64,000 nucleotides of DNA from the human T2T-CHM13v2.0 reference genome, Homo sapiens (GCF_009914755.1 NC_060927.1); one strand, 5' to 3'. Shown: positions 1 to 14,859, numbered from the stretch's first letter. The notes: generated by a model from the letters alone, not told the origin. Program-made: numbers and translations.

Positions 1-68
1 TCATCCAGGCTATCAACACCAGCAAAACTAACACAGGGGAGCTTCTTTAAAGTCACCAAGCCAGGTAT
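1..68 (-). CDS. TASOR: TASOR exon 20, truncated by window edge (IPGLVTLKKLPCVSFAGVDSLD...)
   Basis: aaacag acceptor; open frame to position 1. Confidence 0.93.
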   Translation of the reverse strand, partial: MPGLVTLKKLPCVSFAGVDSLD

Positions 69-815
69 CTGTTTAAATCCCAAAACAAAAAGAGAAACAG
101 ATGGAGGGAATGAATTGACAGACTCAAGTGTGAAGGAACCTACAAGAAGTCTAACAGAATGCATTATGGCTCATCTATATTAGTGGATTACCTCTGGAAA
201 GCCACACAAATATTCCCAACATTATTTCCCAATATATAAACCAACATTTATGTACTGGGACCTACCACAGACGACTAAGGAAAAGGAGCTTACAATAGAC
301 CTGAAAACACAAAATGGACAAAAGCTGACCTCTCTATAACCTGTGAGTACAGTCAGAATTCAGACGAAGGCAAAAGCCTATGTGCTCGAACAGTCAATCA
401 GGAAAGACGTCCAAGATGTAGGATGGAGATAGGGCTCCTAAGACTAGATGGGATACCTCAAAATTTAAGGGAAAAGGGGACTGGTCTGGCAAAGATGGAG
501 CACAAATAGGCTTTTCCTAGGACATACAAATGAAGATGAAAACATTATGTAGTCAGTCAGCAGACCCAATGGCATTCAAGGATTCAGTACTCTTATTAGT
601 CTTGACTACCTGAGTGACAGGGAAGATCTGTGATGTGCAGCAATTTAAAATTTTGCATAGGTACAAACTTGAATCTCACAAGCTGATTCACAGATGGGTC
701 CTTAAGTTTAATCTCCTTTAAAGCTTATTTTAAAAACACTAGTCTGGCAGACAGTAAGATTTTAAAATAAGGGAGTTTTTAAAACCAAAGTAGTGAATTT
801 GACTTAATAGTCTAC

Positions 816-938
816 CTTGTGAATGAAACCTGCAATGTCTTCATTTTGAATAATAATCAATAGTTTATCTAATTTTGATCTTCTTTCCAAAAACTGTTCA
901 GGATGACATTCTGTATTGCCTAATTTGATAAGATATTC
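816..938 (-). CDS. TASOR: TASOR exon 19 (EYLIKLGNTECHPEQF...GFIHK)
   Basis: AG acceptor, GTAGAC donor, 123 nt, phase 0-0. Confidence 0.95.
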
Positions 939-1089
939 CTGTTAAAGAAAAACAACTAAATCAATATTAAAATACTTCTTTGTAAACATCAATTTAACAC
1001 CAGAAATGCAAGATAAACTGATAAGCTTAACTACTACCATGACATTATTAACAATGAATGAACTTACACTCTAAGAGACCATCAAATCC

Positions 1090-1414
<325 letters not shown>

Positions 1415-1434
1415 TAGAAGAGGAATCTAAAGGT

Positions 1435-1503
1435 CAGAGCTTCACCAATCACATAGTCACAATGTTACAGAGCTTCACCAATCACACAGTCACAATGTTA
1501 CAG
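1435..1503. repeat. 33-bp tandem duplication
   Basis: cagagcttcaccaatcaca(t/c)agtcacaatgtta x2. Confidence 0.95.
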
Positions 1504-1597
1504 CACTATGCAAAGCCAGCCAAGTAACAGTGTGAGTTAACAGAAAGAACTGTTAATTAGGCCAGGTTCTTAACCCAGCTCCTTTAGTTATTATAGA

Positions 1598-1676
1598 GGT
1601 TAATGATTAGACTCTAGGTTGACTATAATATCCTATGAGAAACACTTTAAGGCAACCTAGAGTCTAATCATTAACC
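1598..1676. repeat. Perfect 24-bp inverted repeat with 31-nt spacer
   Basis: ggttaatgattagactctaggttg ... caacctagagtctaatcattaacc. Confidence 0.95.
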
Positions 1677-2257
1677 ACTCCCTAGCTCACCTTTTCCTTT
1701 CCATTCTAAGTAGGCCCTTGGTTATTTGCAGCAGTATTAACTGGGATAAACGCCTTCAGAGTTAAGAACTTTCACAACCATAGCTCTAATTCACAACAGC
1801 TAAAAAAGCATTTATATAGAGCTTCATTATGTACAATGGTATTCACATACAAATTAGCCATTTCTGTCAAGTTTCTGTCTTCAAAGTAGACTTTCCCAAC
1901 TAGTAACTCTTCCTCCATGCTGGTGAACATGGTACTGCCTTTCACAGGACACAGGCAGACTTTCATGCAGAGTTCCCTTTGCTCTCTGCTTGCTGGTGGA
2001 ATCCTGAACACTGAAGCAAACTGCAGGATCCTGGAGGTCATATTCCTCATTTCAGAGATTACTTTTAATGTCAGCACAGCTGGTCAGACAGCTATAATAA
2101 AAACCCAGCTTACCTGACAACCAGTCTGCTGCTCTTTCAACCTGAAGTGTTACCCCAAAGAGGATGCTGTTGTGCTAAAGCAGCACCTTCTACACTGATT
2201 TTGATCCAATCTCTGGAACTTTTGGGCAGATCTCAGACCAGCTTAGTCAGTTAATGA

Positions 2258-2554
<297 letters not shown>

Positions 2555-2885
2555 TAATCTTTGATGTCTTCTTACATTAAGAAGCTTTAAGCTCATTTTA
2601 AATAAGACAGTTTAATTAACATAATAAATCAGTTTGACTCCAGAAATATATAAAGTTTACATTTTTATTCATAAAGTCTTTTACTGTAGTATTTTTGCTG
2701 GAATATTTCCAATGGATACTGATTAAAAGAATTAAAGTTTCAATCTGGTTTTCTATCAGATTCGTAAAACAAAGAATGCTCTTTTATTCTATATAAATGA
2801 CAGAAATGACTTATTCTATGCCAGATAAATTAAAAGCACAATTCATTAGGAAATGCATCTCCTATCCCCTTAATCTAAATGTAAC

Positions 2886-3182
<297 letters not shown>

Positions 3183-3798
3183 ATTTTTTAAAATGTCAAA
3201 TAGGTATGTGTTACAAATCCTTTTAAAAAAAGGAGCGGGGGGGTGGGGGGTGGGGGGTGCGGGGATGGAGGAAGTTGGAGTTATGCTAAGCACACCGGGA
3301 ACTGTGCCCATCCTATTCTCTCATCTAACCCCAAACCAATATGCAGCTAGCTATGCCCCCAAAGAGTACTGTGCTAGGGAACTTGTTGCTGGCTGGTGGG
3401 GAAAAGTTGAGAAACTCTACATTCAGTCATGTAGGGCAAAAATGCAACCAAGGAATTCCTAGAAGTCTTATTTCATTTTCCCAAGAAACCATTAGCAATC
3501 AGTAAGGAAAGCCCAACACAGTACTCTGACTCATGTAATTTCTATGTTCTTCAGGTCTTGACCAGGTAACATCACACAAAACATGCTGACCTCAGAGATC
3601 CCCAAACTTACAGAAGGCTTAGGACATGTTAGTAGCTATAAAGCCCATGGTCCCTCTGCTTCCTCTAATGAAATTCCAGTCATGGTAAGTAAACTCCATA
3701 AATGAGAGCAGGCATTTATTTCAAAATCCTAGGCATTCCCTTGAGGAATTAAAATCCCATAATTTATGATTAATTTTACTATTATACCACTAATGTAA

Positions 3799-4208
<410 letters not shown>

Positions 4209-4516
4209 ATCTGTGTGTGTGTTTAAACCAACTATCTAAAATATTAGTCTGCAGCTTCGGTAGAAAAAATACACCTCACAATGAGAAATCTTTCATGACT
4301 GAGGAGTCTTTCAAGATTATCAGGTTTCTTGATCAATAAAGGCTAAAGGGAATGTTACATGGCTAGGGTATCAAGAAACACCAAAAGTTTATCATTAGGC
4401 CAACCCTGGGCAGTTTGTTTTTCTATATGATTGATCAAATCCCATCAGATAAACCCTGGCAACTTAACTTTTCCTCTCTGTTTTTTTCCCTCCTCTTCAT
4501 TAAAAATGCAAGAAAC

Positions 4517-4895
<379 letters not shown>

Positions 4896-4984
4896 CTAAC
4901 ATAGATCAGAAGTTCTGAATTTACTTGGACTTACCACTCTTTTATTCCACCCTGAGTTAAATTATGAAAATACACAATTAACAT

Positions 4985-5260
4985 TTATTTTTAGAGACAG
5001 GGTCTGACTCTATTACCTAGGCTGGCACAATCATAGCTAACTGTAATCTTGAATGCCTGGGCTCAAGTGATCCTCCCACTTGAGCTTCCCAAGCAGCTGG
5101 GACTACAGTAGAGTGCCACCACACCTAATTTTTGTTATTAATTTAAGAGACAATGTCTTGTTATGTTGCCCAGGCTTGTCATGAACTCCTGGCCTCAAGC
5201 AATCCTCCTGCCTCAGCCTCCCAAGTTTTGGGATTACAGGTATTAGCCACCATGCCTGGC
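4985..5260 (-). mobile_element. Alu (J-like, diverged)
   Basis: Diverged Alu. Confidence 0.85.
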
Positions 5261-5368
5261 CTAACATTTAAACACAAAACATTTAAATACAAAAAACTTC
5301 CATTTTATAGAGGTCACACCAACAAGAGAAGTTTGTACAGCATTACTATTACCTTCTGGTTTAGTTAC

Positions 5369-6291
5369 CTTTATTTCTTTACAGAGCACACTCTCTTCTT
5401 CTTCATGAATATAAAATTTCACAGTATTTTTCTGGACGTCTTTCATGATTTTAACCAAACTATTAAATACTTCAGGTTCTAACTGGCTTATAAAATTTGA
5501 AAGAGCTGGTTGAGCAGAAATGTTTACATCACTGGGGGATTTTGTTGTTTCTTCTACTGGTTCCCGGGCCATATCACCAGGTACAATATGATCAGAAGTC
5601 ACCATTAACTCTGTGGCATGTTGAGGCTGGTTCATTTCTACTTCAGTTAAAGCCGAAGTGGAATGCTGCTCATCAGAGTTGGTATCTTTCAAAGGATCAC
5701 TACACAGTGGCTCAAGGAGATGTTTATTGTTGAAGTCACTTGAGGAAACTGGTATGACATGCCTTTCCAGAGGATTCGATGCTATCTTAGCACCAGAATC
5801 GTTAGGACTGACTGGTGGCAAATTCCCACCCTTGGCTGATGCTTTAATAATAATAGTATTTAGCTTCTCATGCAAACCATCTACAAACTCCTGCACACCA
5901 GCTTTGGAAGTCTTAGAATATATGAACTCGGAAAGCCGTTTCATCTTCTCTTGTGTTGAAAAGATAGGTGTGGAAACTCTACTGACATATGAAACATTCT
6001 TTTGCTTCAAAATCTCTTCTATCTTCCTAGAAAAGAGATTGTACTCTCCTAACACTGTCCTCTCTGTGGTTTCGCTCACTGCAGGCGGCTCTGCCTCTGC
6101 TGCTGGCACACACTGCTCCTCCACCTGACCTGTCAACACGTCATCCTCAGTGGTGCCCTTTAGTGTGTCTGTAAATGGAGAGGATGGAAACTGGTAATCA
6201 GAACTTCTCTGTCTATTTATTACCCGGGGGTCGTTAGGAAAGGCCTCCTGTGGTGGCACACACACCAGTTGTTCTTCTGGTGATTTCATAC
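5369..6291 (-). CDS. TASOR: TASOR exon 18 (GMKSPEEQL...LCKEIK), 923 nt; internal alternative acceptor at 6168
   Basis: Core of ORF 5261-6388; AG acceptor, GTAACT donor. Confidence 0.96.
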
Positions 6292-7979
6292 CTATACAGG
6301 AAGAGTTCATTATTATAAGAGCAATCCAAAAAGATAAGATATGAAAACACAAACCCTTAAATTGGGGGAAAAAAGGGTTAACACACATTTAGAACTAATT
6401 ATATATTAGAAGGTAAAATAAAATCCTAAAATTCTGGTATGAATTCTATTCCCTATGTGCCCTACTTATGGGATGGTCCTTAGAGTTGTAGCTAGTGTTA
6501 ACAACTCTGCTATTTTGAAGCGCTCAAGCAAGCACCAATTTGGCATCAATACAAATTAAGTCATTTGCTTGTTTCTGCCTCCCTACCATTCTGTAGATCT
6601 AAGTTTAATACACATTTTAAATCAAGACAGTCAATTACATCAGCTTGCTCAATCCCTGTATTTATTATTTGCCAAGTAATATCTACTATGGTAATGGCCC
6701 CTTAGTAAGAATTCTGAGTGTAAGGCAATTGTAAGAATACCAAACAGAAATGCTGTGGGAATAACTGCCAAGTTAAAAGTTGCATCTAGGATCTAGGATA
6801 ATTAATTTTATCTGCTTTTAGACTTGTTCTCACTTACGAGGTTGCTAAGTAGATTTCCTGTAATGTCAGGGACTTCATTTTATCAGGAAATAAAAGGAAC
6901 AATAATAAGACAAGAGAAGAACATATTTCACAGCTGCACATTTTTGACAGTCCTTTCATAAATATTTTCCTTTTGTTTGGAAATAATTCTAAAAGAAAAG
7001 ATAGCTATACCTCATTTGAGATACAGATGTTAGCTGATACTAAGGTTAGCTGATACTAATGAGATTAAAACCTTTCACTCTTGACAAACAGCTCAATCCA
7101 AAAGATCATACTTTCCCCAAAAAAATCCTAAATTCAAACACAGTATGTTTTTGAAACTACATTTGAAAAAGGGAACTCTAATTCCATTTTTAAGCAACAA
7201 GGGGAAAAATATATTTAACTTCAATTTTAGTGTTATATTTTAGGAAAGGACAAAAACTCATGATCTTTGCTTAGAAGACGTATACACAATTTTACCCGCT
7301 AAAAAATTACTGTTTTTCTTTAAGCCTTGGCCAACATTCCCTAACAAATTGCTGCTGTAGTATAGGAAATGGTGCCTCTAAATCAGAAAGTCCAGGTACA
7401 GGTAGTTTTCAAACTTACAGTGAAGATTTTGCTCACACTCATCATACTTTTCTAAAGGTTTAAATAGCCTCACTAGGAGTCGAGCTTATGACATTCTCTA
7501 CCAATCCTGGTGGTTATCATGAACCAGTACACTCATTAACTATTGCAAAGGCAATTTGTCAGCACAGTGAAAAGACCCAAGGCGGGTCTGTAGGCGGAGG
7601 TGAGAGGGGAACAAAATATCCAACGTGCCAGGATAAGAATTAGAACTGTATGAAATTGATAAACCAGAAAATCCAAGTTTCATAAGATAATTAGGAGTAC
7701 TAAATATCCTGAGTATCTTAAATCTCCAACATTAAAATGTGCTTTAGTACACATAAAGTGTCTGGAAGGATACACGAGAAATTGGTAACCATGGCTAATA
7801 TATGGGGAAGAATCTTAAGTGTTCCGGGCTGGGGCAGTATTACTTTCTTAAGTATTTTTGGACTTCTTGAATTACGTATCATGTCAAATATCTGATATAT
7901 TCAAAGAAAAAAAATTGAATTGCATCTCATAAAACATATGGGTTGCGAAGAACTACCTTAATTTAAAAAATTCTGAATT

Positions 7980-8100
7980 ATTTATTAGACATGGGGCCTC
8001 ACTATGTTTCCCAGACTGGCCCTGAATTTCTGGCCTCAATTCCTCCTGCCTCAGTCTTCCAAGTAGATGGGATTACAGGTACATACCACCACACCCAGCT
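7980..8100 (-). mobile_element. Alu monomer (FLAM-like)
   Basis: Single left-arm homology. Confidence 0.8.
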
Positions 8101-8347
8101 ATTTATTACTTTAAATGCAACAGTGGCTCCCAAAATGTATAGCTAAACAACAACCAGTAAGTTTACTCCTCAAGGGTTATAAATAAAGGGAATATTTTTA
8201 ACCTGAAATATAAATTAAATCCACATGGAGAATTTTCCATAATTAAAAACCTCTAAACCAAATAGATCCCTTTATAAAATATAAATAATCACAACCTAAT
8301 TTTATTTTGCACAAATTTCCCTGTATGATTTTATTAAGAACTTAACT

Positions 8348-8633
<286 letters not shown>

Positions 8634-8674
8634 ACTTAATTATTTTGAAAATATCTTCATCTATAAGTGATTGA

Positions 8675-9020
<346 letters not shown>

Positions 9021-9217
9021 TTTTTTAAAAAAAAACTTATTGCCATTAAATAATTGCAGTATTTTAACTTTTAAGTGAAAGGGGAGTAGTCAGTTCTCTA
9101 AAGGCACCATCATTCAGATGTCTACACTTTAGCTTACAAAATATAAAGATGGTATTTCCAAATAAGAGGAATGCAGGTGCTGATGGAACATTCTGAAGCA
9201 TAAGAAAGATAACTACT

Positions 9218-9863
9218 AGCCAGGCACAGTGGCTCACACCTGTAATCCCAACACTTTGGGAGGCCAAGGTGGGCAGATCACGAGGTCAAGAGATTGAGAC
9301 CATCCTGGCCAACATGGTAAAACCCCGAAATCAGAAAAGAATTACTGATAGATGCAAAACATGGACTCCCTGACACGATATTGCATGAAAGTACCAAACA
9401 CGAGAGACGACATGAGTAGGCTCTATTTATCCTAAGTTCAACAACAGGCAAAACTAATCAGATTAGCACTTACTTGGGAACAAGGAGAGTACTAACTAGG
9501 AGAATGTGGAAGAAAATCTTCTGGGATGCTAGAAACGTTCTACATCTTGATTTGGGTGATGGTCATGTACATATGTAAAATTTCAAAAAGCTGTACAATA
9601 AAGATCTGTGGCCAGGTTCAGTGGCTCACTTGAGGTCAGGAGTTCGAGACTAGCCTGGCCGACAAGGTGAAACCCTGTCTCTACTAAAACTACAAAAATC
9701 AGCCGGGTGCGGTGGCACATGCCTGTAATCCCAGCTACTTGGGAGGCTGAGGCAGGAGAATCGCTTAACCCAGGAGGCAGAGGTTGCAGTGAACCAAGAT
9801 CATGCCATTGCACTCCAGCCTGGGTGACAGAGAGAGATTCTGTATCAGAGGGGAAAAAAAAAA
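9218..9863 (+). mobile_element. Alu left-arm fragment, old L1 3' fragment and internally deleted Alu
   Basis: Alu 9218-9327; L1M-like 3' UTR ~9330-9605; Alu 9610-9863 with aaagat(c/t)tgtg TSD. Confidence 0.8.
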
Positions 9864-10411
9864 AGATTTGTGAACTTTCCTCTATGTTATATATCTGTTG
9901 TTCATGGTTTCTTTTTTTTTTTTTAACCACATTTTCCTAGAAGGAGATGGTGAAGATTTTCTTCAAGGAAACTAGTAACTTTAATTAGCGGGGGAGGGGA
10001 ACTCCCAAAGGAAATAAATAACTACAAAGATGTAGTCATTTCACATTTCTTACAAATAAAAAAACAACACTTTAATTTCTGAAAAGAGTCAGATACAACA
10101 AAACTGAAGGAAAATATAAAAAAGATCACCACCAAACTGTAAACAAGAAAACAATGCCTATGACCATCTGCAGAGAAGTTGAATCCACCAAGATCAGACA
10201 AAGATTATCTCCTAGGTACCCACTGCCAACTAGCTAATCAATAATATCTGCAACTGTTTCTGAAATCCAAGTTTCTTAATCTTATTTAATCTACCTGCAG
10301 AAATTAGTTTTACAATCAGAAGAACTAGGTTAAAAGACTATGAATAGTATACCTAAAATATAAATGGCTTACCCTTCTTGGCTATTTTTTAAAAATTTAA
10401 AAAAGAAGAAA

Positions 10412-10715
10412 CCCAGGTTTGGGGGCTCAAGCCTGTAATCCCAGCACTTTGGGAGGCTGAAGCAGGTGGATCACCTGAGGTCAGGAGTTTGAGACCAGCC
10501 TGGCAAACATGGTGAAATCCCGTCTCTACTAAAAATAAAAAAATAAGCTGGGCATGGTGGCATGCGCCTGTAATCCCAGCTACTTGGGAGGCTGAGGAAG
10601 GTGAATTGCTTGAACCTCGGGAGGCAGAGGTTGCAGTGAGCCAAGGTCACGCCACTGCACTCCAGCCTGGGTGACAGAGCAAGCTTCCATCTCAAAAAAA
10701 CCAAAAACAAAAAAA
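10412..10715 (+). mobile_element. Alu (S-like)
   Basis: Full Alu, TSD aaaaaagaaga. Confidence 0.9.
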
Positions 10716-11033
10716 GAAGAGTTTATCATAAAATATACTGCACAAATGGCTTAGGAATATATTCTGGTCTTCCCAAATCATATTGTAAGATAGACTCTAC
10801 TATGGGTGAAGAAAATTTATATAAATATTCGGTGACTTATCTGAACACTCTTTATAGTAAGAATAGTGGATACAACTCAAGTAATGATTTACATATAAAT
10901 AAATATGCTACTGTCCAAATTTTCTGTAATTAAAAAAATTTAAGTCAATGCCCTATTGATGGAGTATCAGAAATGCAAGTAGCAACTCTGAAGAAGGGCA
11001 CACTGGGAAGAAAAGCAAAGCAAGCCTTCTCAC

Positions 11034-11093
11034 CTGGTGTTTGTTTCTCACCATGTTTCCCCAGCTGGTCTTCTGGGCTTCTTGCATTCCCTC
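11034..11093 (-). CDS. TASOR: TASOR exon 17, 60-nt symmetric exon (GGNARSPEDQLGKHGEKQTP)
   Basis: ttccctcag acceptor, CCAG|GTGAGA donor, phase 1-1. Confidence 0.9.
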
Positions 11094-12312
11094 CTGAGGG
11101 AAAGCATCCATTAGACTCTCTTCAGACATTAGTGATACCTACACTAAGCACCTTTCAGACAACCCCAAGTGATAACAATGCAAGCATTCCTTCTTCTGCC
11201 TAAAATAATCTGAAGGGTCATACTGGTGATGATGGAATATCAACACTTAAGACATTGTACCTTCAAATGACCCAACACCAAGTATGAAGGTGTCTAAATG
11301 AGAAACGGTTAGGATAACCTTCTTATATCAACTACTTCTTTTGTTTCTCCTACTCAAGCTGATGTTTCCACCTCATAAAACAATACTAGGTTCCCTCTAT
11401 CATCACCTACAGGCCTCCTACCCTCCAGAAAGATGTTAAGTAGAAGATGGTGCTAAAGCCCATGGGAACTCATCAAGTTTTATAAATTCTTCTCAGAGTC
11501 CTCGGAAGTCTCAGCAGGTTCTAGTTTAGTTCACAGGCCAGTCTACTTTGTAACAAAAAGTTGTTTGCTGTTGCTATTGTTTTTAAAAGGTTAGAGGTGT
11601 AGGACTGGAAAAGACGTATACCCTGAAAATATTTCCAAAAATGTTTAGCTAAGAAAAGTGAGTAACAACTTGGAATATTAAGAGTATGTATTTATGTGTG
11701 TGTATGTATGTGTTTGCACAGAGAAATTAGAATGCTACCAAAAAAAAAATGATAATATTTCAACATCTGCTAAACTTTTTGCCTCACAGTTCAATAACAT
11801 TTACATTTGATCATTCAGGCCATTCTCTAAGATAATCCAATTTATTTAAGATAATCCAGTATTAAGAAATCAAATTTCTAATAGATGAACCTCAACATTA
11901 TCACTTATTAGATGACAGCTTGTTACGGTGAAGTTTAAAGTTTGAGAAGACAGCATTTAATTGGTTGTCCAAAGAGCACCATTTTATCTCTGCAGCTACC
12001 TCACCTTATCAAAAACTCAGTTTCTGCCAACAGTCTTCATTCAGCAGTCTGCATGCTAAACTCCATAGAGACAGTGTGTCTTAAATCCCTGTTTTTAAGG
12101 TGATTTTGCAGGTGCTTGCTGATGCTGACCAAGAACAGCAACACTCAGTGATGAACACTGTATTACTCAAAATAAGACACTGAAGATGTCAGCACCAATT
12201 AAGATGAAGCACCTAGTGACCCAAGAGTGAAATCCACAGAAGATGGAAACATTCAGGAAACTGGTCTCTAAGTAAAATGAAGCAAACACAAGTCCAAGTA
12301 TACTTTTCTTAC

Positions 12313-12457
12313 CTGTAATTGGAATCAGTTTCCAATGTATTTCAGTCTCTTCAACATTATTTGACTTAGACTGTTGTCTACGAAATCCATGTTCAATGGG
12401 AACACTGGGACACAAACTGCAATCTTCAAAATTATTCACGCTAATTAAATTTGGATC
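12313..12457 (-). CDS. TASOR: TASOR exon 16 (DPNLISVNNFED...KLIPIT)
   Basis: AG acceptor, GTAAGA donor, 145 nt. Confidence 0.95.
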
Positions 12458-12654
12458 CTAAAAATCAAAGTACACACTGAATAGCTTTCTTTCCAATTCA
12501 TTTTAATGTCAAGAATAAACTGTTTTTTCACTGAAAATTCACGTGCTTCAATCTAAACATTACAAATGCGTAAAATCAACATGGTAAAGTTATACTCTAG
12601 TTTCAAAATTAAAACATCTTTTCCCTCGAAACATAATTTTATGTTAATTTAGAA

Positions 12655-12830
12655 CAGGGATTGGTAAACGTTTGTGCTGAAGTGCCAAACATTAAATATT
12701 TTAGGCTCTGCAGGCCAGACTCTCTAGTCTATCACAGGCAATACCTAAACAAATGGACACAGCTGTACTCCAATAAAACTTTAGTTATAAAAATGGGTAG
12801 TGTGCTAGGTTCAACCCATGCCTCCGCCCC
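12655..12830. mobile_element. MER58-like hAT DNA transposon remnant
   Basis: cagggattggtaaac...aaatattttaggctctgcaggcca...ccaataaaacttta. Confidence 0.6.
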
Positions 12831-13678
12831 CCATCAACTTGATTTAAAATACAAAAGATATCAGAAAATATTAATACAGGTTAGTTCCTCAGTGCCTACC
12901 TTACATACCCCAATAACCCTCCTGCCATCATCTTCCCCTTGAAATAAATATCCCAAAACGACATCGAGAAAGAATGGGGACATGCATACAACTTTTAAAC
13001 AAAGGCAGGGAAGAGAAAATGGAGACAGTAAATGAAGAAATAAGCCCATAGGAATACGGTGCAATCCTAGAACTATTCCCCAGTGATGCAGTGACTGCTT
13101 AAGGCAGATAAGGCTACTTCTCAGCTACAAACCAGCACTCTGAACATATATCATAAATATACTGGACACTCTAATAAGCAAGGCTGAGAGTCACTTCAGG
13201 GGTAATCCTAAAGGCTGCTTATGTTCCATTCCTATTTGCGTAAGAAATACCAAGTACCTAACTGTCACACTGCTGTACTGAGACTGGCATCCTCATCTGC
13301 CTCACCTTTGGGTTCTCTGTTACTGCCGACAGAAAGCCAATGCTTTAATAATTCAACTTCATTATGAAACAATAAGGAATTAACTCCCAATAAGCCATTT
13401 CTGACAAATATTAATAGATTGTTCCGCCTAAGCTTTATCACAACAAGTAAACTGTAGACAATATATTAAGCTTCTAAGAAGGAAGGAAAACTACTTCAGC
13501 ATTTATCTCTTTGTAACAAGGAATAACTTAGGAAGTACCATCCTAGACAGGCACCTTTACTCAAAAGTGCATTTTATTTCTTTTTCAAAGAAAAAAATCA
13601 TTCCCTGAAGCATACTCACAGCACCTCTTTCACACACACACTCACAAACACAAAGGTAACCAACAGCTATATGCTTAC

Positions 13679-14082
13679 TTCTTTCAAATGTAGCTTATGG
13701 TCAGTGCCCACTTCGCTGGTAGAAATAGCAACAGAATACTTAGATGTTGCATCAACTTCTAGTAATAAGCTCTGAGTACCCTTAAACTGTGCATTTTCAA
13801 CTTTTGCACAAGTAGGCTGCTCATAGTCTTTCTTATCTGGGGTAGAGTTCAACTCATACTCATGTTTTTGCCTCAGCTCTTCATAGGCATCATCAGTGCT
13901 CAATCCTAAGGCTTTGTTGACTGTGTCTGTCAGAGATGCATCAGAATGGCGCGCATTTGCTAGTGTTTCTGATAACCAATTAAACAGCCTATGGATGTCA
14001 GCAATGCCGGAGTTACAGGTATCCTGCTGCTGCCGCCTCAAGTCAGCATCATGTCCAAGTGAGCCAATAGGCTGTGGAGACT
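13679..14082 (-). CDS. TASOR: TASOR exon 15 (ESPQPIGSLG...KLHLKE), 404 nt
   Basis: Core of ORF 13667-14101; AG acceptor, GTAAGC donor. Confidence 0.96.
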
Positions 14083-14859
14083 CTGAGAAAAAGGAAGTCA
14101 TTGGTTGAAGTTAAGTTTAAAAGCAAGCATAAAACTTTTAAAATCAAATATACCTAAAAAATTATCATAAAGCATTTATGGTCAGGAACTCAACCAATTT
14201 GCTTAGACTTTACAAATATTCGCATCACTTTACAAAAAGAATTGTAAAATTTTGCACATAGTTCAAAATTGCTATTAAAGTTTAATTTCCATTGTAATTT
14301 AAGCATTCTATCAATAGGAAAATAAGCTCATGCATTAGGTTTTAAATATGTGTATTAATAACTACCATCAAAATCTCAAAGTCAACCAGGTGCTTGACAA
14401 GAGATGAAACATTTGTAATTACTATTTTGCCAATTGTTAGGATTATATGTGTATTACACTAGGCTACTAAAAAAATGACAATTTGATTTCTATCTTTTCC
14501 ATACCTATTATATTTTGTCCTTAAGGCATTGGCTGACACACTTAAAATCTACACCTTATCTTGAATGACTAGATTACTTAAATTCATAATGAAGCTAGGG
14601 TATTATAGAGATAAAATCACCCTGAAGAAATCTCCACGAAATTTGCATCAAGAACAAAAAGTATTATAAGAGGAAACACGTTAAGACATGGTTTCATGCA
14701 TGCACTATAAATCTGTATAATCTGTAACAATCAATATATTTTAAAACTTGTAAAGGGCGCAAACATTCAGAAAGTCATGTGCTTTAATATTGGGGTGGGG
14801 TAGGGATTGGGTGAAGCCTGAGTTAGGATTTCAAATTTAAGAGTATAATGTACCACAAC

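Noticed and set aside
1772-2077. 101-aa minus-strand intronic ORF
   Set aside because: Not needed for the TASOR frame, no convincing splice sites and no recognisable homology
5261-5368. ORF read-through past the exon 18 donor and a second donor 16 nt downstream
   Set aside because: Intron sequence running into an Alu; the second donor frameshifts and there is no support for its use
11150-11410. TGATGA box-C-like motifs suggesting an intronic snoRNA
   Set aside because: No properly spaced CTGA D box or terminal stem on the transcribed strand
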